Of a DNA stretch of 64,000 bases, positions 39,123 through 51,187 are shown piece after piece. The stretch is taken from positions 16,926,001 through 16,990,000 of the forward strand of contig NC_043012.1 in assembly GCF_006345805.1 (NCBI RefSeq). Direction: 5' to 3'. Within the stretch, counting starts at the first letter, position 1; each line of letters opens with the position of its first letter. The notes beneath the pieces were generated by a model that saw only the letters and a program-made list of their open reading frames with translations, did no database searches and was not told the DNA's origin. Position numbers and translations under genes: made by a program. This stretch comes from Octopus sinensis (Eukaryota).

Positions 39123-39196
39123 GGGCATATGGCGTAATGGTTAAGAGTGATGCTACTAACCCCAAGATATTGAGTTTGATTCCAAGTAGTGACCTG
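39123..39196 (+). promoter_or_regulatory. tRNA-like Pol III A/B-box cassette inside the P1 element
   Basis: TGGCGTAATGGTTA (A box), anticodon-like loop CTACTAA, GAGTTTGATTCC (B box; GGTTCAATTCC in the 50975 copy). Confidence 0.6.
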
Positions 39197-39274
39197 ATCA
39201 ATAACAATAAAAATGATAATAATAATATCGAAAAACACCTTATGAATGAGAACCCAGGTTCGAAATTTCCCCAA

Positions 39275-39320
39275 GACACCTGATGAAGGCTGGAGAGTAT
39301 ATCAGCCGAAACATTGTGTT
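39275..39320 (+). ncRNA. Minimal type I hammerhead ribozyme motif
   Basis: GACAC-CUGAUGA-AGGCUG...CAGCC-GAAA-CA-UU/GUGUU; stem III CpG decayed to CA. Confidence 0.7.
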
Positions 39321-39566
39321 AACTACAAACAAGATGAGGACAAATATCCATCGAATGTAAATAATGTATTTAACACACTTTCTGGTGTTGCTTTATAGCA
39401 ATTTCTCACTACTTATACTCTCTTTTTCTTGCACACTCCACCCCCTCTGTTTCCCTTTAGTCTTTCTCTCATGCCTCTGCTCTCTCTTTCTCTCTCTGAC
39501 ACTTTCTCACTTTTTCCATCTCCATCCTGACAACCCTATTTTTTCCTCTCTTCTCTATCATTACAG

Positions 39567-39818
39567 CCCTGAGAGTTTGCTCTGTATCCAACAGATAATG
39601 TTGACTGTCGAACCAGTGTGCAGTCCACTGAACATTCATTATTTAGAACAGAGCAAGAAGATCCTTACCATCTTCACCGATGGCACTGTCATAGCTTGTG
39701 AAGCAGAGATAACCGAACACAGTCTGAATCTGGAGGAAGAAAATGAAGCTGTGGTGCATACATTGCAACTGCCAAGGAATACAACATTCTCATCCACAGT
39801 TGTTGAAACTAGACATCG
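39567..39818 (+). CDS. LRRK1: LRRK exon E (WD40-like): PESLLCIQQIMLTVEPVCSPLNIHYLEQSKKILTIFTDGTVIACEAEITEHSLNLEEENEAVVHTLQLPRNTTFSSTVVETRH(R)
   Basis: Extended pyrimidine tract ending cattacag, donor CG|gtaagt, 252 nt, phase 2-2 compatible with exon D; 'TIFTDGTV' resembles a WD40 blade turn. Confidence 0.8.
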
Positions 39819-39949
39819 GTAAGTGCCAAACATTTATCTCCACTGATATTACAAAAAGGACCCCAGAATAATGAAGGAACTGCCATAAAAGAATCATGCA
39901 GAAACCCAACTTTCTCAGTATGGGCATTCGTTCTTGAGATGGTTTAGTG

Positions 39950-40341
39950 CAGGGCTGGCCAACTTGAGGCCCGCGGGTTGCATGTGGCCTGCAGACTTTT
40001 ATCTTGTGGCCCGCTTGATACTTTCTTGAAATGGGTTTATTTAAACAAACATTTTACAAATTTTATCAAACGTTGAAGATTGTAATGTAAAGTAAAATAG
40101 AAAGATACTACTGTTTTTGTGACGATAATATTTCATGTTCAATCAACGATCATTCCTTCATTCTTGTAATAATTGCATTAATTGTAATAATTATTGTAAT
40201 AATAGCATGAGAAAGCAAAAATGCTTTTAATTCTGTCAGCAGTGATTATTTGACTATTTGTGCATAAAGTATACAAGCGGCGCTCAAAAGGTTTTCTGTG
40301 ATTAAAGTGGCCCGCAACGTAATTTCGGTTGGCCAGGCCTG
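39950..40341. mobile_element. Non-autonomous hAT (Charlie-like) transposon
   Basis: TIRs CAGGGCTGGCCAAC / GTTGGCCAGGCCTG; perfect 8 bp TSD GTTTAGTG (39942-39949, 40342-40349); subterminal GGCCCGC motifs. Confidence 0.9.
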
Positions 40342-40357
40342 GTTTAGTGTCTCTAGA

Positions 40358-42712
40358 TGTAGTCATCATCGTTTCTATTGTTGCTGCCGTCACTCTCATC
40401 ATCACTGTGTTGTCATCATTGTTGTGTTGTCATCATCGTTGTGTTGTCATCACCTCTGTGTTGTCATCACCTCTGTGTTGTCGTCATCGTTGTGTTGTCA
40501 TCACCTCTGTGTTGTCATCACCTCTGTGTTGTCGTCATCGTTTCTATTGTTGCTGCCGTCACTCTCATCATCACTGTGTTGTCATCATTGTTGTGTTGTC
40601 ATCATTGTTGTGTTGTCATCATTGTTGTGTTGTCATCATTGTTGTGTTGTCATCATCGTTGTGTTGTCATCACCTCTGTGTTGTCATCACCTCTGTGTTG
40701 TCGTCATCGTTGTGTTGTCATCACCTGTGTTGTCATCACCTCTGTGTTGTCGTCATCGTTTTATTGTTGCTGCCGTCACTCTCATCATCACTGTGTTGTC
40801 ATCATTGTTGTGTTGTCATCATTGTTGTGTTGTCATCATTGTTGTGTTGTCATCACCTCTGTGTTGTCGTCATCGTTGTGTTGTCATCACCTGTGTTGTC
40901 ATCACCTCTGTGTTGTCATCATCGTTGTGTTGTCATCACCTCTGTGTTGTCATCACCTCTGTGTTGTCGTCATCGTTGTGTTGTCATCACCTGTGTTGTC
41001 ATCACCTCTGTGTTGTCGTCATCGTTTCTATTGTTGCTGCCGTCACTCTCATCATCACTGTGTTGTCATCATTGTTGTGTTGTCATCATTGTGTGTTGTC
41101 ATCATTGTTGTGTTGTCATCACCTCTGTGTTGTCGTCATCGTTGTGTGTGTTTCATCACCTGTGTTGTCATCACTCTGTGTTGTCGTCATCGTGTGTTGT
41201 CATCACCTGTGTTGTCATCACCTCTGTGTTGTCGTCATCGTTTTGTTGTCATCATCGTTGTGTGTTTATCATCATTGTTGTGTTGTCATCACCTCTGTGT
41301 TGTCATCACCTGTGTTGTCATAACCTCTGTGTGTTCGTCATCGTTGTGTTGTCATCACTTGTGTTGTCATCACCTCTGTGTTGTCGTCATCGTGTGTTGT
41401 CATCATCGTTGTGTTATCATCATTGTTGTGTTGTCATCACCTCTGTGTTGTCATCACCTGTGTTGTCATCACCTCTGTGTTGTCGTCATCGTTGTGTTGT
41501 ATCATCGTTGTGTTATCATCATTGTTGTGTTGTCATCACCTCTGTGTTGTCATCACTGTGTTGTCATCACCTCTGTGTGTCATCGTTGTGTTGTGTTGTC
41601 ATCACCTGTGTTGTCATCACCTCTGTGTGTCGTCATCGTTGTGTTGTCATCATCGTTGTGTTATCATCATTGTTGTGTGTGTCATCACCTCGTGTTGTCA
41701 TCATCGTTGTGTTGTCATCACCTGTGTTGTCATCACCTCTGTGTTGTCGTCATCGTTGTGTTGTCATCACCTGTGTTGTCATCACCTCTGGTGTTGTCGT
41801 CATCGTTGTGTTGTCATCATCGTTGTGTTATCATCATGTTGTGTTGTCATCACCTCTGTGTTGTCATTCAAATGTGTTGTCTACATCACTCTGTGTTGTC
41901 GTCATCGTTGTGTTGTCATCATCGTTGTGTTATCATCATTGTTGTGGTGTCATCACCTCTGTGTGTCATCACCTGTGTTGTCATCACCTCTGTGTTGTCG
42001 TCATCGTTGTGTTGTCATCATCGTTGTGTTATCATCATTGTTGTGTTGTCATCACCTCTGTGTTGTCATCACCTGTGTTGTCATCACCTCTGTGTTGTCG
42101 TCATCGTTGTGTTGTCATCATCGTTGTGTTATCATCATTGTTGTGTTGTCATCACCTCTGTGTTGTCATCACCTGTGTTGTCATCACCTCTGTGTTGTCG
42201 TCATCGTTGTGTTGTCATCATCGTTGTGTTATCATCATTGTTGTGTTGTCATCACCTCTGTGTTGTCATCACCTCTGTGTTGTCGTCATCGTTGTGTTGT
42301 CATCATCGTTGTGTTATCATCATTGTTGTGTTGTCATCACCTCTGTGTTGTCATCACCTCTGTGTTGTCATCACCTGTGTTGTCATCACCTCTGTGTTGT
42401 CATCACCTGTGTTGTCATCACCTCTGTGTTGTCGTCATCGTTGTGTTGTCATCATCGTTGTGTTATCATCATTGTTGTGTTGTCATCACCTCTGTGTTGT
42501 CATCACTTGTGTTGTCATTACCTCTGTGTTGTCGTCATCGTTGTGTTGTCATCATCGTTGTGTTATCATCATTGTTGTGTTGTCATCACCTCTGTGTTGT
42601 CATCACCTGTGTTGTCATCACCTCTGTGTTGTCGTCATCGTTGTGTTGTCATCATCGTTGTGTTGTCGTCATCGTTGTGTTGTCATCACCTCTGTGTCGT
42701 CGTTGTTGTTCT
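40358..42712. repeat. Minisatellite of 15/17 bp variant units (TGTGTTGTCATCACCTC, TGTGTTGTCRTCATYGT, TGTGTTGTCATCACC)
   Basis: Directly visible over ~2.35 kb. Confidence 0.97.
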
Positions 42713-43814
42713 GTTTTCAGATTGACTCTAATTGAACAAAACTGTATCAACTGGTTGGAGTGCTTGACCTACTAAAAGAAACAACAGCCAAATTTCCCTC
42801 AGACTTCACTCTCTTTGTCTTCTTAAAACCTGCTTAACAAATCTGCCACCGCTCCTCTCTGCCCTTTCTACCACATCTATAACAGCTTCTGTTTTACAGA
42901 GCAGGCTGGTCTTGTGCCACCTCTAGTCTGGCCCTTCCAATTCCCTCATATTTCTCTTCTCCTGTCGTTAGTAATTTTATTTCCACTCTCCTACACCCCT
43001 CACTGTCCTTCTGTCTATTTTATTTCACTTGTCTCTGCTTTTATTTCAAAAGAGAACCATTAACAGTTCATTTCACTCCTTGCCACACATTACTTCACTC
43101 TCTTTCTGTACAGTCACTCTGTATCTATTGTTGCTGTTATGTTTCAGCCTTGTTACTGTCTTTCTCCATCCTCTTTCACCCCTTTTTCTTCCTTCTCTCT
43201 TTCAACTCCACTCATTCTTATACGTTATGGACAAACATCCCCTTAAACGCTTGAGTCATTTGAGTTTTCTTTTCCACTTTCCACTGAAAGCCTTTTAAAC
43301 CATGTAACAGCTATAGCTGTCAAGGGGCTGTGAGAGGAGCAAAGAAAGAAGGTGGAGAAGGAGGAGGAGCAAGAAAAGAGCTTGTAATAACAGTAGTAGT
43401 AGTAGTAGTAGTGGCAACAGTGGTAGCCATAGTTATTGTTTCCTTCAGAAGTGATCAGAAAATCTCCAGTGACCTCCGGAGCAACACACACACGTAGAGA
43501 AAAATGTCCTTTTTCTTTTAGAATCACTTTAGGTGTTCTGAGAGCATTTTGAAAAAGCACGGGTCACAGCGAGGTCACGCTAAGGTTTCCACAGTGCTAA
43601 CTGACTGTCATTATTTGATTGAATTTTCTACGCTAAAACACTTAAATATATTGATCTGATTGTGAGATTATTTCATATCTAAATTTAAATTGTAAATGTT
43701 GTTCATGTACAAAATTGAATCAATGTAAATGATAAACGGATGAAATCTCTCCAATGTGATGCACTGGTTTTGTAAACTAGCTCGGCCATTTTTCCAACCA
43801 GCCATTCATCTTGG

Positions 43815-44829
43815 CCCTCCATCCATCCATCCATCCAGATGAATGGATGGACGGACAGACAGATATACAAACATCCATTTATCCATCTATCAATCAAATC
43901 ATTTATCCAGTGATTCATTCAGCTACTCACTTATCCATCAATCTGTCTGTCTGTCAGTCCATCCATCTCTCACACTCTCTCTCTCACACACACTCTCTCT
44001 CACTCTCTCACTCTCTCTCTCTCTCTCACTCTCTCACTCTCTCTCTCACTCTCTCTCTCACTCTCTCACATTCTCTTTCTATGTAACCAATCAGCCCTCT
44101 ATCTCTTCCTCTCTTCCCTCGCCCATCCATCCATCTTCACATCCATCCATCCAGCCACCCACCTGGTGAGCCACCCATTCACCTATCCATCCATCCATCC
44201 ATCCTTCCACTCACCCACTCAGACTGACTGACAGACAGACAGACAGACAGACTGTCAGCCATTTTTTTATCTGCCCATCAATCAAACCATCTAGGCAGTG
44301 ATTCATCCCGTTAGTCATTCATCTAATCCTCCGTCTGTCTGTCTGTCCATCCATCTATAAGTCTGCCTGTCTGTCTGCCCATCGAATCAACCAACCCTCT
44401 AACCTTTCCTCCCCATCCATCCATCCACCCACCCATTCGTCCTCCTATCCACCACTCTATCCACCTGGTTACCTACCCATCTTGCTATCTATGCATCAAA
44501 AATTCCATCCATCAAACCGATCAATCCCCTTCTATCTTTTCTTTCCTCACCCACCCATCTACCCACGCAGTTACCGACTCTCCCCATCCAGCTCTCCGTC
44601 CACCCACTCACTTATCTACCTGCCCATCCATCCATCCCTTTACCTATCCATCCACCCATCCTTCCATCATCGACCCACTCATCCATCTACCCCGCTCCTC
44701 CCCCCAACTCCGGAGATCCAGCCATTTTTAACTTGCCAGTCATTTTTGAAAGAAAAACTGGAACTGTACTTCTGCTATAGTGATTCTTCCCCTTTCTTTG
44801 TTTTCACCTATACACACACACACACACTT

Positions 44830-44889
<60 letters not shown>

Positions 44890-44910
44890 GTACGTACGTA
44901 CGTATGTATG

Positions 44911-44940
<30 letters not shown>
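43815..44940. repeat. Low-complexity (TCCA)n/(CTCA)n/(GACA)n/(TA)n/(TATG)n region
   Basis: Directly visible degenerate tetranucleotide repeats. Confidence 0.85.
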
Positions 44941-44941
<1 letters not shown>

Positions 44942-45639
44942 TTCTGTTTCGTGTGTGAAAGGAAACAGCTTAATATAGCTATGGAAAAATGTTCTGATAC
45001 TTTAAATTCTAATGTTGCAAAAGCGACAAGATGTAAATGGTAAGATTCAATATCTCCTATGAACCATGCTATTTTTGTTGTTGTCGTTGTTGTTGTTTGG
45101 CTTTTGACTGCACTTAAAACTAAAGAAAGCTGCTGAGCCAATTACTCATAAATTCTTTTACTTTATCTCCTGTTTATACACACTTCTTCCTCCCCCCCAC
45201 ACCTGCTCCCATCGCTTCCCTCCCACTGTCTCTCCCATCCTTTTTAAATGCACCATTATCCTGATTGTGTTTTCCACACTCTTAGCTCTACTTAAAACCA
45301 ACACTAGTTTTTAACCACTAAAACTACCGTGCACCACCACCACCACCACCACCACCACCATTGGCTATACAACCATCACCTCCTAGTTGTAGTAGTAGTA
45401 GTAGTAGCAGCAGCAGTTGTTGTAGTAATTTATCTCTGCAACAGCTTTTTATTTAAGCATAGTGCTCTGTTTCAGAAGTAACAATCGCTGAATCAAATGC
45501 AGCAGAGATCTGATGTTTCATCTGACCTACACTTCTGTGACACTAAACGGCACTAAAACAGCGCTACACTTACGTTGCACTCCGTTCCACTACTAAACCA
45601 CGCTACAACGTTATACAACACTATTCTGTATTATACCAG

Positions 45640-45978
45640 GCTTCCTTCCAACACACTTCTGTAACTCCGTTGGCTATGATGACGACGAGGGTTCCAGTTG
45701 ATCCGATCAATGGAACAGCCTGCTCGTGACATTAACATGCAAGTGGCTGAGTACTCCACAGACATGTGTACCCTTTACGTAGTTCTCTGGGTAATTCAGC
45801 ATGACACAGGGTGTGACAAGGCTGGCCCCTTTGAAATACAAGTACTGCGCATTTTTGCCAGCAGAGTGGACTGGAGCAATGAGAAATGAAGTGCCTTGCT
45901 TAGGACACAATACGCTATCGGGTATTGAACTCGCAATCTTCCAATTGTGTGCTGAATAACCTAACTACTAAGCCACAT
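45640..45978 (-). mobile_element. SINE family D variant
   Basis: Minus head gtggcttagtagttagg...gagttcaatacc, gtgtcctaagcaaggcactt core. Confidence 0.75.
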
Positions 45979-46192
45979 TCCTTTAGCACTCAGATTACTC
46001 AGTCAAACATTTCACAGAATAATCTCTTCATATTGTTCTGAATGAATCATGCATTATCTCGTAGCTTTGAGATTCTGAAAATGTGGTGATTATTTTTAGA
46101 ATGGCATTGTAGGGCAAGTGTGAGAAGCTGGATTTGGCCAGTCTGAACATAAAAACAAGGTGGAATATCTGGGCTGGATGTGACTGGTTTAA

Positions 46193-46402
46193 CCCTTTTG
46201 TTACCATATTTCTGTTGAGATGCTCTGTGTTTCTTTCAATTAATTTTAAATATAACAAAGAATTTAGTAAAATAACTTAGTTATCATTAAACTAGTGTTA
46301 GGAACATAAATTGTGACTAAGATTTTAAGTCAGAACTTATGAAAACAAGACATTTGTACTGATGAGCCAGAGGCGGTTTCAGCTGGATTGGTATTGAAAG
46401 GG
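46193..46402. mobile_element. piggyBac-type MITE (family M2), copy 1
   Basis: TTAA|CCCTTTTGTTACC ... GGTATTGAAAGGG|TTAA; other pieces at 23413-23600 and 63485-63710. Confidence 0.82.
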
Positions 46403-46422
46403 TTAAATTATCCATTTGTTAA

Positions 46423-46612
46423 CCCTTTTGTTACTATATTTCTGTTGAAATTCTCTGTGTTTTTTTCAATTAATTTTAAATATAACTAAGAATTTAGTAA
46501 AATAACTTGGTTATCATTAAGCTAGTGTTAGGAACATAAATTGTGACTATGAAAACAAGACATTTGTACTACAGAGCCCGAGATGGTTTTTGCAGGGTTG
46601 GTATTGAAAGGG
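46423..46612. mobile_element. piggyBac-type MITE (family M2), copy 2
   Basis: Same termini and TTAA flanks as copy 1. Confidence 0.82.
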
Positions 46613-46631
46613 TTAAGTGTTAAAGGGTTAA

Positions 46632-47910
46632 CCTTTTCAACCCGGAATATTTTCTCAACATTTGCATGCATCACTAAAATTTTGGTAAAACTTTATAGTA
46701 TAGATGCTTATTAGATGGTTTATGACGGTGCCAATTATGTAGACACTGCTTTTAGTTTGGTAAATATTTGTACCATTTGGGTTTTCTAATCTACCCTGCA
46801 TGTACCATTGTATTTAGATGAAATACCATGTTTTTACCAGTTGTATCAAAATACTGCAGTGAATCTTGCAAAAAAACCAAAAAAAAAAAAAAGAAAAAGA
46901 AAAAATGAAAATTTCAAATATTAGGGAGTAATACAAAGATTGATTGAAAAATTGTACATGTACATTTGATTGATTACAAAAAGAAGTTTCTCTATAGAAC
47001 AGTTTTATAACCCGACCAACTAGTACAATCTTAGCCATACAACAAATTACAATGGTACAAGTATGTACCTATACAAAACCACAATGGTACAGGTGTGTAC
47101 CACTCAAAATTATCTACTTTTAGAAATATGTATTGCAACATTGTTGCAAGAATATTATTATCTAATTCTTATAAATTATACACAATAGGCACAGAAGTGG
47201 CTGTGTGGTAAGTAGCTTGCTTACCAACAACATGGTTCTGAGTTCAGTCCCACTGTTAGCACCTTGGGCAAGTGTCTTTTACTCTAGCCTCGGGCCGACT
47301 AAAGCCTTGTGAGTGGATTTGATGAACGGAAACTGAAAGAAGCCTATCGTATATATGTATATTATATATATGCATGTGTGTGTATAAGTTTGTGTATCTG
47401 TGTTTGTCCCCCAACATCACTTGACAACTGGTGCTGGTGTGTTTATGTCCCCGTAACTTAACCTTTTGGCAAAAGAGACCGATAGAATAAGTACTAGGCT
47501 TAGAAAGAATAAGTCCTGGGGTCGATTTGCTTGACTAAAGGTGGTGCTCCAGCATGGCCACAGTCAAATGACTGAAATAAGTAAAAGAGTAAAAGAGTAA
47601 ATAAAAAGTAATATGTTTATGATTAAATAGATACGTTTGTGGTGAAGAAAATGTTATGAATAACTTACCAAAGCATGAAAACCAATAATAAACACTTAAA
47701 AACAATCGGGAATGATGGGGGATTTGTATGTATGCGAGCCTTTTGAGCTGTCATTATAATGTCATACACTCTGATCATGTGTCTGGCACTACATACTTAC
47801 CAGAAAAAAACCGGAGCGGTACTATACTGCGTCACATAGAATGGGAATTTTAAAGATTTGGGTTGTAAAATTTTTGACTGGTATGAATATGTACCAGCCA
47901 GGCTGAAACG
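46632..47910. mobile_element. Larger TTAA-type non-autonomous DNA transposon containing a SINE A
   Basis: TTAA|CCTTTTCAACCCGG ... CCAGGCTGAAACGG|TTGA imperfect TIRs. Confidence 0.5.
47187..47600 (+). mobile_element. SINE family A, full length
   Basis: Family A head to tail. Confidence 0.92.
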
Positions 47911-48594
47911 GTTGAGCCACATTACATTGTAACTATTGTCTGCAAAACCGTTCTTTATACTACAAGACTGATGTACTGCATTACCCTAGATTAAACTTTG
48001 TTGTGCACAAAGTCATTCTACAATGCACTTGACTGTGCTTTTATACTGCATGGCTGTGTGGTAAGAAGCTTTCTTCCCAACCGCAAGGATCCAAATTCAG
48101 TCCTGTTATGTAGTGATGCCTTGGGTAAGCATCTTCTACTGTAGCTCTCGCTTGACCAAAGTCTAGTGAGTGGATTTGGTAGAAGGAAACTGAAAGAAGC
48201 CCATCATACATATATATTTATGTATCTATGTATGTGTGTTTGTGTGTGTTCCCAACCATTGCTTGACAACAGGTGTTGGTTTGTTTATGTTTACATAATA
48301 ATTTCAAAGATGTCCTTCTGCTTTTGTATGTAAATATTGATTTGATGCATGGATGTAACCATAATGTTCTTTGATCTGAAGAGCAAGCTTTCTGTACCAG
48401 CATTACCTTATAAATTGTGAAATAGTACTTTATAATTTATAACATGTACGCTAATACAGACATATAAAATGATTTATTATACACTAAAATAGATTATTTT
48501 TCTATGATGATGGCTGCAGACCGATCGTAATCATATGGATATCAACTGATGAAATAAATAAGCATATTCATCTCATACATCTTCTCTTTCTTTA

Positions 48595-48994
48595 TATTTT
48601 ATGTATATACATATGTATATATGTGTCTATATGTATATGTACATACATATATATATGTGAGTGTAAAAATATGTGTGTGTATATATATGCGTGTATATAT
48701 GTGTATATATATATATGTGTGTGCATATATGTATATATATGTGTGTATATATGTGTGTGCATATATGTATATATGTGTATGTATATATGTATATGTGTGT
48801 GTATATAATCATCATATAATCACCATCATCGTTAAACGTCCGTTTTCTGTGTTAGCATGGGTTGGATGGCTCGACCGGGGTCTGGGAAGCCAGGAGGCTG
48901 CACCAGGCTCCAGTCTGATCTGTGTTTCTATAGCTGGATGCCCTTCCTAACGCCAACCACTCAATTAGTGTAGTACCACTCCATGAGTGTAGTG

Positions 48995-49060
<66 letters not shown>

Positions 49061-49147
49061 ATATATATACATATGTGTATATATATATGTGTATATATAT
49101 GTGCATATATATATATGTGTGTATATATATGTGCATATATATGTTTG

Positions 49148-49181
<34 letters not shown>

Positions 49182-49327
49182 TAAATATAAGTATGTGTTT
49201 GTGTTTCTTTGAATTGTCATCACATAATAATTGTAAACGAGTAATATATGTGTATATATATGTGTGTATATATGTGGGTGTGTATGTATATGTGTGTGTG
49301 TGTATATATGTATGTGTTTGTGTATAT

Positions 49328-49399
<72 letters not shown>

Positions 49400-49486
49400 A
49401 TATATATACATATGTGTATATATATATGTGTATATATATGTGCATATATATATATGTGTGTATATATATGTGCATATATATGTTTG

Positions 49487-49520
<34 letters not shown>

Positions 49521-49659
49521 TATAAATATAAGTATGTGTTTGTGTTTCTTTGAATTGTCATCACATAATAATTGTAAACGAGTAATATATGTGTATATAT
49601 ATGTGTGTATATATGTGGGTGTGTATGTATATGTGTGTGTGTGTATATATGTATGTGTT

Positions 49660-49697
<38 letters not shown>

Positions 49698-49700
49698 TAT
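48595..49700. repeat. (TA)n/(TG)n microsatellite region with a family C fragment (48820-48985, minus) and a ~340 bp tandem duplication
   Basis: Unique anchor aaatataagtatgtgtttgtgtttctttgaattgtc at 49183 and 49524. Confidence 0.9.
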
Positions 49701-50482
49701 AAGTATACATGTGTTTGTGTCTCTTTCAATTGGCAACACATGATAATTGTAAATGAGTTCCTCCATCATACAAATGGTGTTTGTTTGTTTCCATTCTTCT
49801 GTATTAACATGTCCAGCCAAGGAGGAATAATATCTTGCTTGCAAACACGAGAGGGGAGGGGCCTTTCCTGTCGCTAACCCTCACTCTCTCCAACATAGTT
49901 TGCACCAACAAATTCCCTCCAACCCATGCAAACACGAAAAGTTGACAGTAAAACAATAACGGTGATGATGATTAAGCAAATTAAACTTGAAACAAATTAA
50001 AATAGACAAAGAGCAAACTAAAATAACCTAGAAATTAATTAAAATAACCTCAAAACTAATTAAAATAATCTCGAAACTAATCAGAATAACCTTGGAAGAA
50101 ATTAAAATAAACTCGGAGCAAATTAAATCCTTTTCTAATTAAATAGTATCATCAAATTGACTTTATTTATTTATTGCATCATTTATTTATTATTTATATA
50201 TTTATTAAATGAGTTATAAATTACAGTTTAATCTCAACTGGCAACATTTCTTGGAAATTTATCAAAGCGTCTTTTATGGATTTATAGGAATCCTCTGTTT
50301 TGGAAATATAAAACCTCTCTGTTACTGTTGTTGTATATAGTAGCACCTTTACTATCATTTCCACTATGAAGATGACTTGCTGTAGCTTACAATTCTATAT
50401 TTAAGAGATGAGGAATTATTTGACGGATATTTGTCCTCATCTTGTTTGTTGTTAACACAACGTTTCGGCTGATACACCCTCT

Positions 50483-50930
50483 GTGAAAGGCCTCTCCGTA
50501 AAGATACAAAAGATATGCAGCCTTTATGATATTAGGATAGTATTCAAGAGTAATACAACACTTCGCAAATATCTCATTCGAGTAAAACCACCAATAGAAG
50601 AGAATATGACCAAAGACTCATGTACTCCATCCCGTGCAGTTGTACTAAGCCCAAAGGCGAAATATGCCGTTCCCTCAAAATAAGGGTAGAGGAACATCAC
50701 AAAGCTGTGATATGAGGAGACATTGATAAATTGGGTATAGCTGATCATGTATGGAAAAATGGAGACCACCTCCCCCTGTAGGATGAAGTTAAAATAATAG
50801 ACAGAGAACACCACTGGAAAATATGAAAACTAAAAGAAGCAGTGTATATGCTAGGACACAACAACCTCCTAAGCAGACCGAGTGCAGATATGAATAGCAT
50901 ATGGGAACCGGTATTAAGGAAGGCTAGGAA
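50483..50930 (+). pseudogene. Decayed Penelope RT-thumb/GIY-YIG endonuclease coding remnant
   Basis: VKGLSVKIQKIC...IRIVFKSNTTLRKYL.RVKP, then after frameshifts YSIPCSC ... GEICRSLKIRVEEHHKA ... GIADHVW ... H.P.*DEVKIIDREHHW ... KLKEA, the typical PLE endonuclease pattern, with in-frame stops. Confidence 0.88.
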
Positions 50931-51141
50931 AATATTAGATTTATAAGTCCTAAATATTAGATTTATAAGCCCACGGGCATATGGCATAGTGGGTAAGAGC
51001 ATGGGCTACTAAGCCCAAGATTCCGGGTTCAATTCCAAGCAGTTACCTGAATAATAATAATAATATAATAATAGTAATAATAATAATAACAACATTGAAA
51101 AATACCTTAGGAATGAGAAGCCAGGTTCAAAATTTCCCCAA

Positions 51142-51187
51142 GACACCTGATGAAGGCTGGAGAGTATATCATCTGAAATGTCGTGTT
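51142..51187 (+). ncRNA. Hammerhead ribozyme motif, partly decayed stem II, GUC cleavage triplet
   Basis: GACAC-CUGAUGA-AGGCUG...CAUCU-GAAA-UG-UC/GUGUU. Confidence 0.6.

Larger units (their letters stand above)
38835..39370. mobile_element. Palindromic Penelope-like P1 element: two head-to-head copies of tRNA-like cassette + (AAT)n + hammerhead
   Basis: 38862-39120 is the reverse complement of ~39128-39368; hammerheads at 38909-38954 (-) and 39275-39320 (+). Confidence 0.87.

Noticed and set aside
39123-39196. Functional tRNA gene
   Set aside because: Acceptor and anticodon stems pair poorly, copies differ, and it is always embedded in the P1 element; kept only as a tRNA-like cassette.
40298-42775. 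341-798 aa Cys/His-rich ORFs as metallothionein- or keratin-associated-like proteins
   Set aside because: All three frames give the same repetitive words because the 15/17 bp minisatellite lacks stops; indels switch frames freely.
42721-42775. Next LRRK exon after ctgttttcag
   Set aside because: The phase 2 frame hits a stop within 18 codons, there is no donor, and the sequence resembles a dispersed repeat also seen near 190-210 and 865-890.
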